A DNA stretch of 64,000 bases from Phycisphaerae bacterium (GCA_041661665.1 JBAZTW010000003.1:7088-71087), one strand, 5' to 3'; numbered from the stretch's first letter, positions 37,792 through 45,842 are shown. Notes: a model not told the origin generated them from the sequence alone. Program-made: numbers and translations.

Positions 37792-37816
37792 CAGAGCCGC
37801 GAATGTTAATGAGCGG
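37792..37816 (+). repeat. repeat family R5 variant
   Basis: CAGAGCCGCGAATGTTAATGAGCGG. Confidence 0.55.
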
Positions 37817-37819
37817 TAT

Positions 37820-37832
37820 TCCCTGTTTTTTT
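37820..37832 (+). repeat. left copy of 13-bp direct repeat TCCCTGTTTTTTT
   Basis: The same 13-mer recurs at 40320-40332. Confidence 0.5.
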
Positions 37833-38029
37833 AATTTTAGTGCGGGGTTGACAAAGAAAATTAAAAATTAAATATCAAAAATAAAAATGACCCCGATGAG
37901 ATAGTCGAAGCGACATCTCACAGGGCAGGCAAAGCAAAATTTAAAAATAGGTGGCTGTTCCTATTTTTACTATTTTTAATTTTTACGTATTTTTTCAACA
38001 TCGAATTGTGTTAAGCAAGGAACTATGAG

Positions 38030-39148
38030 ATGGCAATACCTTTAATCGCATTTGATGAAACAGGAAATACAGGACAAAATTTACTTGACCCTGACCAGCC
38101 AGTGTTTGTTTTAGCATCTGTTAATTTAAGCTATGCAGAAACACAACGTGCATTAGAAATCTTAAATCCCAAAAAAGGACAGGAAGTCCATTTTGCAAGT
38201 TTCAGTAAAAGTTGTTCTGGTAAGGCACGGATCTTGCAATTTTGCCAATCAGATTTAATTTCATCAGATAAAATAAATATAAGTGTAATCCATAAGGGCT
38301 ACATGGTTGTCACAAAGGTCGTTGATTTGCTTATAGAGAACTTATGTTACGAAACTGGATTTGACCTGTATAAAAATGGTGCTAATATTGGAATGGCAAA
38401 TATTTTTTATATGTGCATTCCGACTTTTTGTGGACAAGATAACTTTAAAAGTTTTTTGGATAAATTTGTTTGCATGATACGAAATAAAGATGCCAGTTCC
38501 ATTACAGAGTTCTATAAAAGTGTTAATAATCTGAGCTTAACATGTAATAGTAAGCTCTTCAAAGAAATGATTGAGCTTATATTAGCTACCCAGTGTATTA
38601 TTGATGAAGTAATTACTAGGTGTAGTGTTGTTGATTTAGATCCAGCTGTTCCTGCGTTCGTGAATGATTGTATTGCATGGGGAGAACAATTGGGCTGCGA
38701 ATTTAACATAGTTCATGACCAATCTAAACCAATTGAGCATCAACAAGAAATACTTACCTGTTTAATGGCCAAGGATGAACCAGAAATTATAGTTGGATAT
38801 GACCAAAGAAAAATGAAATACCCTTTAAAGGTGCATGGCTTTAAGTTGTGCGATTCTAATGTTGTGCCTCAAATACAAATAGCAGATATTATAAGTGGCA
38901 CATATGGCTATGTGCTAAAAGGTCGCTTAGGAAAAAAAGTTGACAATAACTTTTTTGAAACTATAGAGAAAAGTAAGTTGTTAGGTTTGCCATGTCATCC
39001 ACTTTGGCCGTCAGATGAAGTAACACCAGAAGACTTAGGGACAATAGGACCAGATGCAGGTGATCCAAACCTTTATGTTGGAAATTTAATTGACAGACAA
39101 AAAATGAAGAGGATGCAAAAAAGTAAAGAATCTCGAACTACGCTATAG
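38030..39148 (+). CDS. DUF3800-like protein
   Basis: N-terminal IAFDETGNTG and C-terminal CDSNVVPQIQIADIISG match the DUF3800 hallmarks as I remember them. AT-rich codons. Confidence 0.65.
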   Translation: MAIPLIAFDETGNTGQNLLDPDQPVFVLASVNLSYAETQRALEILNPKKGQEVHFASFSKSCSGKARILQFCQSDLISSDKINISVIHKGYMVVTKVVDLLIENLCYETGFDLYKNGANIGMANIFYMCIPTFCGQDNFKSFLDKFVCMIRNKDASSITEFYKSVNNLSLTCNSKLFKEMIELILATQCIIDEVITRCSVVDLDPAVPAFVNDCIAWGEQLGCEFNIVHDQSKPIEHQQEILTCLMAKDEPEIIVGYDQRKMKYPLKVHGFKLCDSNVVPQIQIADIISGTYGYVLKGRLGKKVDNNFFETIEKSKLLGLPCHPLWPSDEVTPEDLGTIGPDAGDPNLYVGNLIDRQKMKRMQKSKESRTTL

Positions 39149-39172
39149 ACAGATAAAAGTGCAGAAATAAAA

Positions 39173-40312
39173 ATGACAAAAATGATTAATTTGCTTAAGG
39201 ATTATTTAAAGACAATTGATTGGAGTTTGTTTAGACGCGGTCCAAAAGGGCCAGGAACATTGCTTATTGTTTTATCTATAGATAGTTTTGCCCATAGCCA
39301 GGGGTTTGAGTACGAGAAAGAAGTCTTTCTTGGCCTAACAAGAAAAACAAACAATCATAAAGGATATATTGATATAATCATTAAAAGCCCCGATGGAATT
39401 AAGTACGCAATAGAAATTGACAGCAGTAATAAAAAATGGTCGCTTGAAAAACTTCTCCATGCGCATAGTATAGGATATGTGCCGATTTGGGTTCGTTGGC
39501 GTGTAAAAATAAATATTAACATTCCAGCAATCATAAATTTGATAGATTTAACAGAACGTGAGACTTTTTCCACCATGGATTTGGAGCGAAAAGATATGAC
39601 CAATAAACTAAAACATGTTGAAATTTACACTGATGGTGCTTGTCGTCCCAACCCAGGTATTGGCGGCTATGGCTTAATATTGATATATTGTGATACACGT
39701 AAAGAAATAAGTGGTGGTTTTAATCATACGACAAACAATAGAATGGAGATGTATGCTGCTATTAAGGGATTGGAGATGCTCAAAGAAGCTTGTAAAGTTA
39801 CTTTGTATAGTGACTCAAAATACTTGGTCAATTCCATGGCCAAAGGAAGAGTTAAGCTTTGGCGAGATAATAATTGGCAGCTTCGTAAACATAAACAGAA
39901 AGAAATTGCCAATATAGATTTATGGACAAGATTACTGGCTTTATGTGACATTCACGAAGTCGAATTCAATTGGGTAAAAGGACATGATGGAAATCCTCTA
40001 AATGAAAGATGTGACATTCTTTCCACAATAGCTTGGGAACAAAAAGATTTGCCTGCTGATGAAGGTTACAAGAAGTCCAATGCAATTAAAGTCAATCACG
40101 ACAATCAACCATATAAAAACTATTCAGCTTCTGATGTTAAAATAACTTATGAGGGTCAACCATGCAGAAAGTGCTCAACTCCTGTGGTTAAGAAATTCAC
40201 ACGTAAAAATAGGGATAAAAGTCGTAGAAAGTATTGGTTTGAGTATTATTTTCATTGTCCAAATTGTCAGACTATGTATATGACTGATGAAGCAAAACGG
40301 TATATGCCTTAA
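39173..40312 (+). CDS. fusion protein: N-terminal PD-(D/E)xK-like domain + RNase HI + C-terminal Zn ribbon
   Basis: Full RNase HI core VEIYTDGACRPNPG...NNRMEMYAA...LYSDSKYLV...WVKGHDGNPLNERCD. N-terminus has GYIDIII...YAIEIDSSNKK. C-terminus has CRKC...CPNC. Confidence 0.8.
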   Translation: MTKMINLLKDYLKTIDWSLFRRGPKGPGTLLIVLSIDSFAHSQGFEYEKEVFLGLTRKTNNHKGYIDIIIKSPDGIKYAIEIDSSNKKWSLEKLLHAHSIGYVPIWVRWRVKININIPAIINLIDLTERETFSTMDLERKDMTNKLKHVEIYTDGACRPNPGIGGYGLILIYCDTRKEISGGFNHTTNNRMEMYAAIKGLEMLKEACKVTLYSDSKYLVNSMAKGRVKLWRDNNWQLRKHKQKEIANIDLWTRLLALCDIHEVEFNWVKGHDGNPLNERCDILSTIAWEQKDLPADEGYKKSNAIKVNHDNQPYKNYSASDVKITYEGQPCRKCSTPVVKKFTRKNRDKSRRKYWFEYYFHCPNCQTMYMTDEAKRYMP

Positions 40313-40319
40313 GTGATTG

Positions 40320-40332
40320 TCCCTGTTTTTTT
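40320..40332 (+). repeat. right copy of 13-bp direct repeat TCCCTGTTTTTTT
   Basis: Lies 8 nt after the stop of the RNase HI fusion gene. Confidence 0.5.
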
Positions 40333-40367
40333 CTGAAAAAGGGAAAACAAAAATGACGAAGCCTGTG

Positions 40368-41597
40368 TTATCTGCTTCTGCCGATGTTATTGATTAGGCC
40401 GATGGACATAATGTTTGTCATAATGCTTGAGCCGCCATAGCTGATGAATGGGAGAGTCAAACCTGTAATAGGTATCAGGCCAATCGTCATACTGATATTA
40501 ATCAAAATCTGGATTGCGAAAAGCACGGCGAAGCCTGCGGCGATGTAACTGCCAAACGTGTCGAAACTCGATGAGGCAATGTCAATCGAGCAGGCAATCA
40601 GCATCGCATATAAACACAACAGCAATACAGCGCCCGCGAATCCCCACTGATGGCAAACCAGCGCGAAAATAAAATCATTATGTCTGTCAGGCAGGAATTT
40701 ATATTTTATAAATGGGCCTGCGCGGTAGCCCTGACCTGCGAATCCGCCCGAGGCGATTGCAAGTTTGGAACGCATAAGCTGATAGCCTGCGCCGATATCC
40801 CAGTTTCGCAGTCGTTCGGTATTTACGCCGAGCAATTTTGCAAGTGCGGGATGTTTTTCAACTTTGGTTCTGAGCCAGCTTGGACTGCCGTCAATTTTAT
40901 TCTGCAATAATACCGAGCTAACTCTCATTCGTTGATAGTCTTCGATACCGAGCCAGAGAATCGGAAAGGCAATCACTGCCAGCAGAATTATCACAAGCAG
41001 ATGTTTGACTTTCGCGCCGGCGATAAACAGCATCGACAGCAGCACCGGCATCATCAGCATAACCGTACCCAAATCAGGCTCACGATATATCAGGAGCATC
41101 GGAAACAGCGTCAGGACAAATGGCGGGATAAGCGAAGTGAAATTTCGGTAATTGCTTCGATACCGCAGATGCCAGGCCAGCGCGATGATGTAAGCGAACT
41201 TGAAAAACTCCGAAGGCTGAAACTGTATCGAACCGATAACAATCCAGCATCGCGAGCCGTGCTTGACGTTGACGAAGGGCATATCTATGAATTGATCCAG
41301 CACGAGCCAGAAAAGCATGGCGATAGTCGCCCAGTAAAGGACGAAGCTCATTGAGCCGAGTTTTTTGTAGCTGAATGAATTTATTATTATAAAGCCGAGA
41401 AAACCGACGGCTGCGAAGAGACATTGCTTTTTCCACAAGCTCGAATAGCCTGCGAACTGCTGCATTTCTGAATTTACGGGGTTGCCGGATGCGTAAATCA
41501 TCATTACGCCGATAGCAACGAGTCCGCCTGCGCAGGCCAGGAGTATCAGCCGAGTTGCCAGAAGTCTGCCTTTGAAGAATTCAAAAATATCGAACAT
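40368..41597 (-). CDS. SEDS family protein (RodA/FtsW)
   Basis: Multi-TM; ...TGLTLPFISYGGSS... Start set at MFDIFEFF. Confidence 0.85.
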   Translation of the reverse strand: MFDIFEFFKGRLLATRLILLACAGGLVAIGVMMIYASGNPVNSEMQQFAGYSSLWKKQCLFAAVGFLGFIIINSFSYKKLGSMSFVLYWATIAMLFWLVLDQFIDMPFVNVKHGSRCWIVIGSIQFQPSEFFKFAYIIALAWHLRYRSNYRNFTSLIPPFVLTLFPMLLIYREPDLGTVMLMMPVLLSMLFIAGAKVKHLLVIILLAVIAFPILWLGIEDYQRMRVSSVLLQNKIDGSPSWLRTKVEKHPALAKLLGVNTERLRNWDIGAGYQLMRSKLAIASGGFAGQGYRAGPFIKYKFLPDRHNDFIFALVCHQWGFAGAVLLLCLYAMLIACSIDIASSSFDTFGSYIAAGFAVLFAIQILINISMTIGLIPITGLTLPFISYGGSSIMTNIMSIGLINNIGRSR

Positions 41598-41715
41598 ATT
41601 TATAATGATAACAGAAGAATCGCAAAAAACAACGATTGGAGACACATAATCAGGACAAATCACATAAAGAACCCAAAATCCTAAATCTTAAACAAATCCG
41701 AATTACCAAAGCTTG

Positions 41716-41733
41716 TCCCCGCGAAAACGGGGA
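41716..41733. repeat. short hairpin element TCCCCG-CGAAAA-CGGGGA
   Basis: Related hairpin TTCCCGC-TTTC-GCGGGAA at 62109-62126, both followed by ATGAC. Confidence 0.4.
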
Positions 41734-41833
41734 TTAAAATGACCAAAACCCGCTAATCAGCGAAAATATCGCGGTTTTGTGCGGCAGGGGGCGTATCAGT
41801 ACTGAAAATGAGGTTTTTTTTAAGAAAAAAGTC

Positions 41834-41862
41834 TTGCTTTGCCGATAGAGTCCTTGTATAGT
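41834..41862 (+). promoter_or_regulatory. sigma70-like promoter TTGCTT-N17-TATAGT
   Basis: Read directly. Lies ~230 nt upstream of tRNA-Gln. Confidence 0.4.
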
Positions 41863-42089
41863 ACCACCAAAGTTCCGTGCCAAACGGGGCGTGTTATGGG
41901 TTGACAGCATCACGGCATAGTCAGCTCAGGCCTCCGGCAGGACAATCCGTCCGAACTCGAAAACGGACACCGTGAAAGCTAAAAGAATTGAAAATTGTAA
42001 ATTGAACATTGAAGATTTTTGTATCTCTTAATGTCTGCCAGGATTTAATCTTCAATCTGCAATCTTAAATCTTCTATTTTCAATGATTT

Positions 42090-42161
42090 TACCCGGTGGT
42101 GTAATTGGCAACACAGAGGTTTTTGGTACCTCTATTTCTGGTTCGAGTCCAGACCGGGTAG
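42090..42161 (+). tRNA. tRNA-Gln (anticodon UUG)
   Basis: Manual cloverleaf. Acceptor TACCCGG/CCGGGTA, D arm GTGT..ACAC, anticodon stem GAGGT/ACCTC with loop TTTTGGT, T arm TCTGG-TTCGAGT-CCAGA. No encoded CCA. Confidence 0.85.
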
Positions 42162-42180
42162 TATAAAAAAATAAAATATC

Positions 42181-42220
42181 AAAAATTAAAAATAAAAATT
42201 GTGGATTCGCCTTTGGCGAA
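42181..42220 (+). repeat. repeat family R9 (AAAAATTAAAAATNAAAATTGTGGAWTCG + hairpin)
   Basis: Matches 52157-52199. Ends 11 nt before the glmU ATG. Confidence 0.7.
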
Positions 42221-42231
42221 ATTGTTTTTGT

Positions 42232-43443
42232 ATGGCTGAAAAAGTAGCGATAATTTTAGCGGCTGGCGTGAGCAGCAGAATGAATACGAAGCTGCCGAAG
42301 GTTCTGCACGAAGTATGCGGCAGGCCTATGCTGGCTTATGTTCTTGATGCCTGCCGAAAAGCCGGCGTTGAAAAGACATATGTAATCGTTGGCTACGGAA
42401 AAGAGCAGGTAATCGAGCGATTCAGCGATGATAAAAACATTATCTGGATTGAGCAGACAGAAAGAAAAGGCACAGGGCACGCGGTTATGTGCTGCAAAGA
42501 ACATTTGGCCAACTTCGATGGCGATACGCTGATTATCTGCGGCGATATGCCATTGATTCGTTCTGAGATAATCGAAACGCTGATTGAAAAGCACGGTCAG
42601 GAATCAGCGGCGGCGACTCTGGCGACGGCGATTCTTGATGACCCAAAAGGCTACGGCAGGATTATTCGCGACGGTTACGGCAACATTCAGGGCATTATTG
42701 AAGACGGCGACTGCAATCCGCAGCAGAAGAACATAAAAGAAGTAAATCCGAGTTATTATTGTTTCAAAAATAAAACGCTGTTCGAGGCGCTCGGCAAAAT
42801 TACGCCGAACAACGTTAAGAATGAATATTATCTGACCGATGCGCTGCACCTGATTATAGCGGCGGGGCATAAGGTTGTCGCGGTAACGGCAGTTGCGGCT
42901 GAAGACGCGATTGGCGTTAATAATCGTCAGCAGCTCAGCGAAGCGGGCAAAATTATGCAGCGCAGGATTCAGGACAGACTGATGAAGTCCGGCGTAACGA
43001 TTGTTGACCCGCCGAATACCTGGATTGACGCTCGCGCGGAAATCGGGCAGGATACGGTAATTGAGCCGTTCACATATATCCACGGGCAGATTAAAATAGG
43101 AAGTAATTGCAGAGTCGGGCCTTTCGCTTATTTGCGCGAAGGCGCTATTCTGAAAGACGATGTTGTTCTGGGCGTTTTTACCGAAGTGAAAAATTCCACG
43201 CTCGGCGATGGCGTTCGGGCAAGGCATCACAGTTTTATCGGCGATGCGGTAATCGGCAAAAATGTAAATATCGGAGCAGGTGCGATAACGGCCAATTATG
43301 ATGGCAAGACAATTCATAAGAGCCAAATCGGTGATAATGTTTATATCGGGCCGGGAACGATAATTGTTGCGCCGATAGAGGTTCCGGCAGGGTATAATCT
43401 GAAAGCCGGCTCGGTTGTGAACGCAAGCGACATAAAAAAATGA
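42232..43443 (+). CDS. glmU: bifunctional GlcNAc-1-P uridyltransferase / GlcN-1-P acetyltransferase (GlmU-like)
   Basis: ILAAGVSSRM..LPKVLH N-terminus and C-terminal hexapeptide repeats. Start set at MAEKV. Confidence 0.8.
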   Translation: MAEKVAIILAAGVSSRMNTKLPKVLHEVCGRPMLAYVLDACRKAGVEKTYVIVGYGKEQVIERFSDDKNIIWIEQTERKGTGHAVMCCKEHLANFDGDTLIICGDMPLIRSEIIETLIEKHGQESAAATLATAILDDPKGYGRIIRDGYGNIQGIIEDGDCNPQQKNIKEVNPSYYCFKNKTLFEALGKITPNNVKNEYYLTDALHLIIAAGHKVVAVTAVAAEDAIGVNNRQQLSEAGKIMQRRIQDRLMKSGVTIVDPPNTWIDARAEIGQDTVIEPFTYIHGQIKIGSNCRVGPFAYLREGAILKDDVVLGVFTEVKNSTLGDGVRARHHSFIGDAVIGKNVNIGAGAITANYDGKTIHKSQIGDNVYIGPGTIIVAPIEVPAGYNLKAGSVVNASDIKK

Positions 43444-43493
43444 GATTGCCGCGGCCTGCATAGCAGGCCTCGCAATGACAAAGGAAGCGAAAA

Positions 43494-44441
43494 ATGTTTT
43501 TGAGTGATAATATAAAAGTTTTCGGCGGCTCGAGCAATACCGAGCTGACGGCTCGGATATGCAAATATCTCGGCGTGCCGATAGGCGGCGCCAAGATTGA
43601 GCGTTTTCCGGACGGCGAAAAAATTATCAAATGCGAAGACGATGTTCGCGGCAAAGACTGTTTTGTTGTTCAGTCGGGATGCGAGCCTGTTGATGAAAAT
43701 ATCATTGAGCTTTTGATTTTTCTCGACTGCCTCAAACGCGCAAGCGCTTCAAGGGTAACAGCGGTCATACCATATTTCGGCTATGCCCGTCAGGACAGAA
43801 AAGACGAAGGCAGAGTGCCTATAACGGCCAAACTGATGTCTAACCTTATAGCGACTGCAGGGGCGGACAGAGTTTTGGCGATGGATTTACACGCGGCTCA
43901 GCTTCAGGGATTTTTTGATATTCCGGTTGACCATCTTTTTGCCGAGCCTGTGCTGACGAAGCACTTCAGGGATAAGAAAATTGATAACCTTACAATAGTT
44001 TCGCCCGATGTAGGCAATATCAAGCGGGCAGCGAGATATGTTCGCAGCCTTAACGGCGATTTGGCGATAATTCACAAGAGAAGAGTCAGCGCAAATCTTG
44101 TCGAGGCGTGCGAGATGATAGGCTCGGTAGAAGGCCGAAATGTTATTATGTGCGATGATATTATTTCGACGGCGGGAACTATCGCCACAGCGGCAAAAAT
44201 CGTAAAGGAACGCGGCGCAAAGAAGGTATTTGTCGGCGCGACGCACGGAATATTTTGCGGACCTGCGGTTGAAAGAATCAATGAAGCTCCGATTGATGAG
44301 ATAGTTGTTACCGATACAGTTCCGCTGGATGACAAAGCAGGCAAAATAAAGAATCTCAAAGTTTTAACAGTTTCTGAGATTCTTGGCGAAGCAATAAAAC
44401 GTATTCACAGAAACGAATCAATAAGCGCAATGTTTCATTAA
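43494..44441 (+). CDS. prs: ribose-phosphate pyrophosphokinase
   Basis: DLHAAQLQGFF, VIMCDDIISTAGT. Confidence 0.92.
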   Translation: MFLSDNIKVFGGSSNTELTARICKYLGVPIGGAKIERFPDGEKIIKCEDDVRGKDCFVVQSGCEPVDENIIELLIFLDCLKRASASRVTAVIPYFGYARQDRKDEGRVPITAKLMSNLIATAGADRVLAMDLHAAQLQGFFDIPVDHLFAEPVLTKHFRDKKIDNLTIVSPDVGNIKRAARYVRSLNGDLAIIHKRRVSANLVEACEMIGSVEGRNVIMCDDIISTAGTIATAAKIVKERGAKKVFVGATHGIFCGPAVERINEAPIDEIVVTDTVPLDDKAGKIKNLKVLTVSEILGEAIKRIHRNESISAMFH

Positions 44442-44502
44442 ATGAAAGTATAGACGCGGGATTTTGCGTTCCTGCACAAGTGAACTTTAGAAGAGGTAAA
44501 AA

Positions 44503-45165
44503 ATGGCAGTAAAAGAGATATTATTAAAAGCTGAAACAAGAAAAGAAATTGGCACAAAAGACGCCAGGAAGCTGCGGGCACAGAAGAAGATTCCGGCCAT
44601 AGTTTATGGTCACAAGGAACAGCCGACGGCGATTGTAATCGACCAGCACGCGTTTGCCGAAGGCCTTCATCACGGCAGCAGGCTTTTCGACGTTGAAATT
44701 GACGGCAAAACAGAAAAGCTGCTGATAAAGAGCGTTCAGCACGATTATCTTGGCAGTACAATCATTCACGCTGATTTTCTCAGGGTTGACCTGAGCGAAA
44801 AAGTGAAGGTTGAAGTGCCTATCAACTATAAGGGTGTACCGGCTGGCAAACAGGAAGGCGGCATTCTCGAAGAACACCTCGACAAGCTTGAAGTTGAGTG
44901 CGCGGTTGTGGCTATACCGGCATCGATAGATGTGTCCGTAAAAGCTCTTAAGGTCGATGAATCTATTTTCGCCAAGGATGTTGTTCTGCCGGCAGGCGTT
45001 AAACTTATGACTAATCCGGAAACATTGCTGATTGCCTGCCATATCCCTGCGGCTGCTCCGGTCGAAGAAGCGGTTCCGACAGGTGAAGAGCCGACAAGTC
45101 CTGAAGTTCTTACTGAGCGCAAGCCTAAGGAAGGCGAAGATGCAGAATCCGAAGAAAAGAAATAA
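44503..45165 (+). CDS. rplY: 50S ribosomal protein L25/Ctc
   Basis: RKLRAQKKIPAIVYG N-terminus and an acidic tail. Confidence 0.88.
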   Translation: MAVKEILLKAETRKEIGTKDARKLRAQKKIPAIVYGHKEQPTAIVIDQHAFAEGLHHGSRLFDVEIDGKTEKLLIKSVQHDYLGSTIIHADFLRVDLSEKVKVEVPINYKGVPAGKQEGGILEEHLDKLEVECAVVAIPASIDVSVKALKVDESIFAKDVVLPAGVKLMTNPETLLIACHIPAAAPVEEAVPTGEEPTSPEVLTERKPKEGEDAESEEKK

Positions 45166-45197
45166 CGGATTCGATGTGGCGTTCGTGAAGTGTTTAA

Positions 45198-45818
45198 ATG
45201 GATGATATACGATTAGTTGCAGGGCTCGGTAATCCGGGTGAAGAATATCGCAGAACTCGGCATAATGTCGGGTTTGACGCGCTCGACCTGCTTGCTGACG
45301 GGCTGAAAGTTGAGATGGACAGAGAAAAGTTCGGAGCTTCTTTCGGCCAGATAAATATCGGCAGTAAAAAGTTAATATTGTTAAAGCCAATGCTGTTTAT
45401 GAATAACAGCGGCCAATCGGTGTCGGCGGTTTGTAATTTTTATAAAATCGCTCCAGGCGATGTGCTGGTGCTTACTGATGATTTGGCTCTTGAGCCTGGA
45501 ACGCTCCGGATTCGTTCCGGCGGCTCGGCAGGCGGGCATAACGGTCTTGCTGATATTGTCGAAAAGCTGGGGACAGACCAGTTCGGCAGGCTGCGTATTG
45601 GAATCGGCAGCAAAGGCGAGTTTGCAGGACGCGATTATGTTTTGTCTCGGCCTGATAAAGCAGAAAGAGAACTAATAGATAAGGCCATTATGGAAGCGAC
45701 GAAAGCCGCGATGACCTGGCTTACGGAAGGTATCGCTGTCGCGATGAACAGATTTAATAAAAAGATAACGCCGAGCGAAAACGGCGAAGGTAAAGAAAGT
45801 TTAAAAGATAAAAACTAA
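45198..45818 (+). CDS. pth: peptidyl-tRNA hydrolase
   Basis: LVAGLGNPGEEYRRTRHNVGF. Confidence 0.9.
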   Translation: MDDIRLVAGLGNPGEEYRRTRHNVGFDALDLLADGLKVEMDREKFGASFGQINIGSKKLILLKPMLFMNNSGQSVSAVCNFYKIAPGDVLVLTDDLALEPGTLRIRSGGSAGGHNGLADIVEKLGTDQFGRLRIGIGSKGEFAGRDYVLSRPDKAERELIDKAIMEATKAAMTWLTEGIAVAMNRFNKKITPSENGEGKESLKDKN

Positions 45819-45842
45819 AGATTTTATTTAGGAGATAGAAAT

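Noticed and set aside
37259-40335. Integrase, transposase or att-tRNA signature for the islet
   Set aside because: No recombinase ORF is present in or next to the islet, and the nearest tRNA (42090) is 1.8 kb away on the other side of rodA. I therefore do not call a mobile element, only a compositionally distinct insert with a short direct repeat.
40320-40342. Bidirectional intrinsic terminator CCCTGTTTTTTTCTGAAAAAGGG between the convergent RNase HI fusion and rodA
   Set aside because: The stem is only 4 bp plus 3 A-T pairs with a mismatch, too weak to call. The sequence is reported instead as the right copy of the 13-bp direct repeat.
41870-41990. SRP RNA, 6S RNA, tmRNA or RNase P RNA upstream of tRNA-Gln
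   Set aside because: I could not find the conserved SRP helix-8 motif (GGAA/AGCA context), a tmRNA tag frame or tRNA-like end, or RNase P conserved regions. It is kept only as an unclassified candidate leader or sRNA.
42604-45390. Long antisense ORFs: 42604-43461 (285 aa) and 44524-45390 (288 aa). Similar cases are 25582-26442, 58000-58710, 53224-53868, 62628-63368 and 20581-21231.
   Set aside because: Each lies opposite a confidently identified gene (glmU, ctc/pth, pfkB, ilvC, lpxC, radical SAM, typA). Each has Arg/Cys/Phe-rich junk composition typical of shadow frames.
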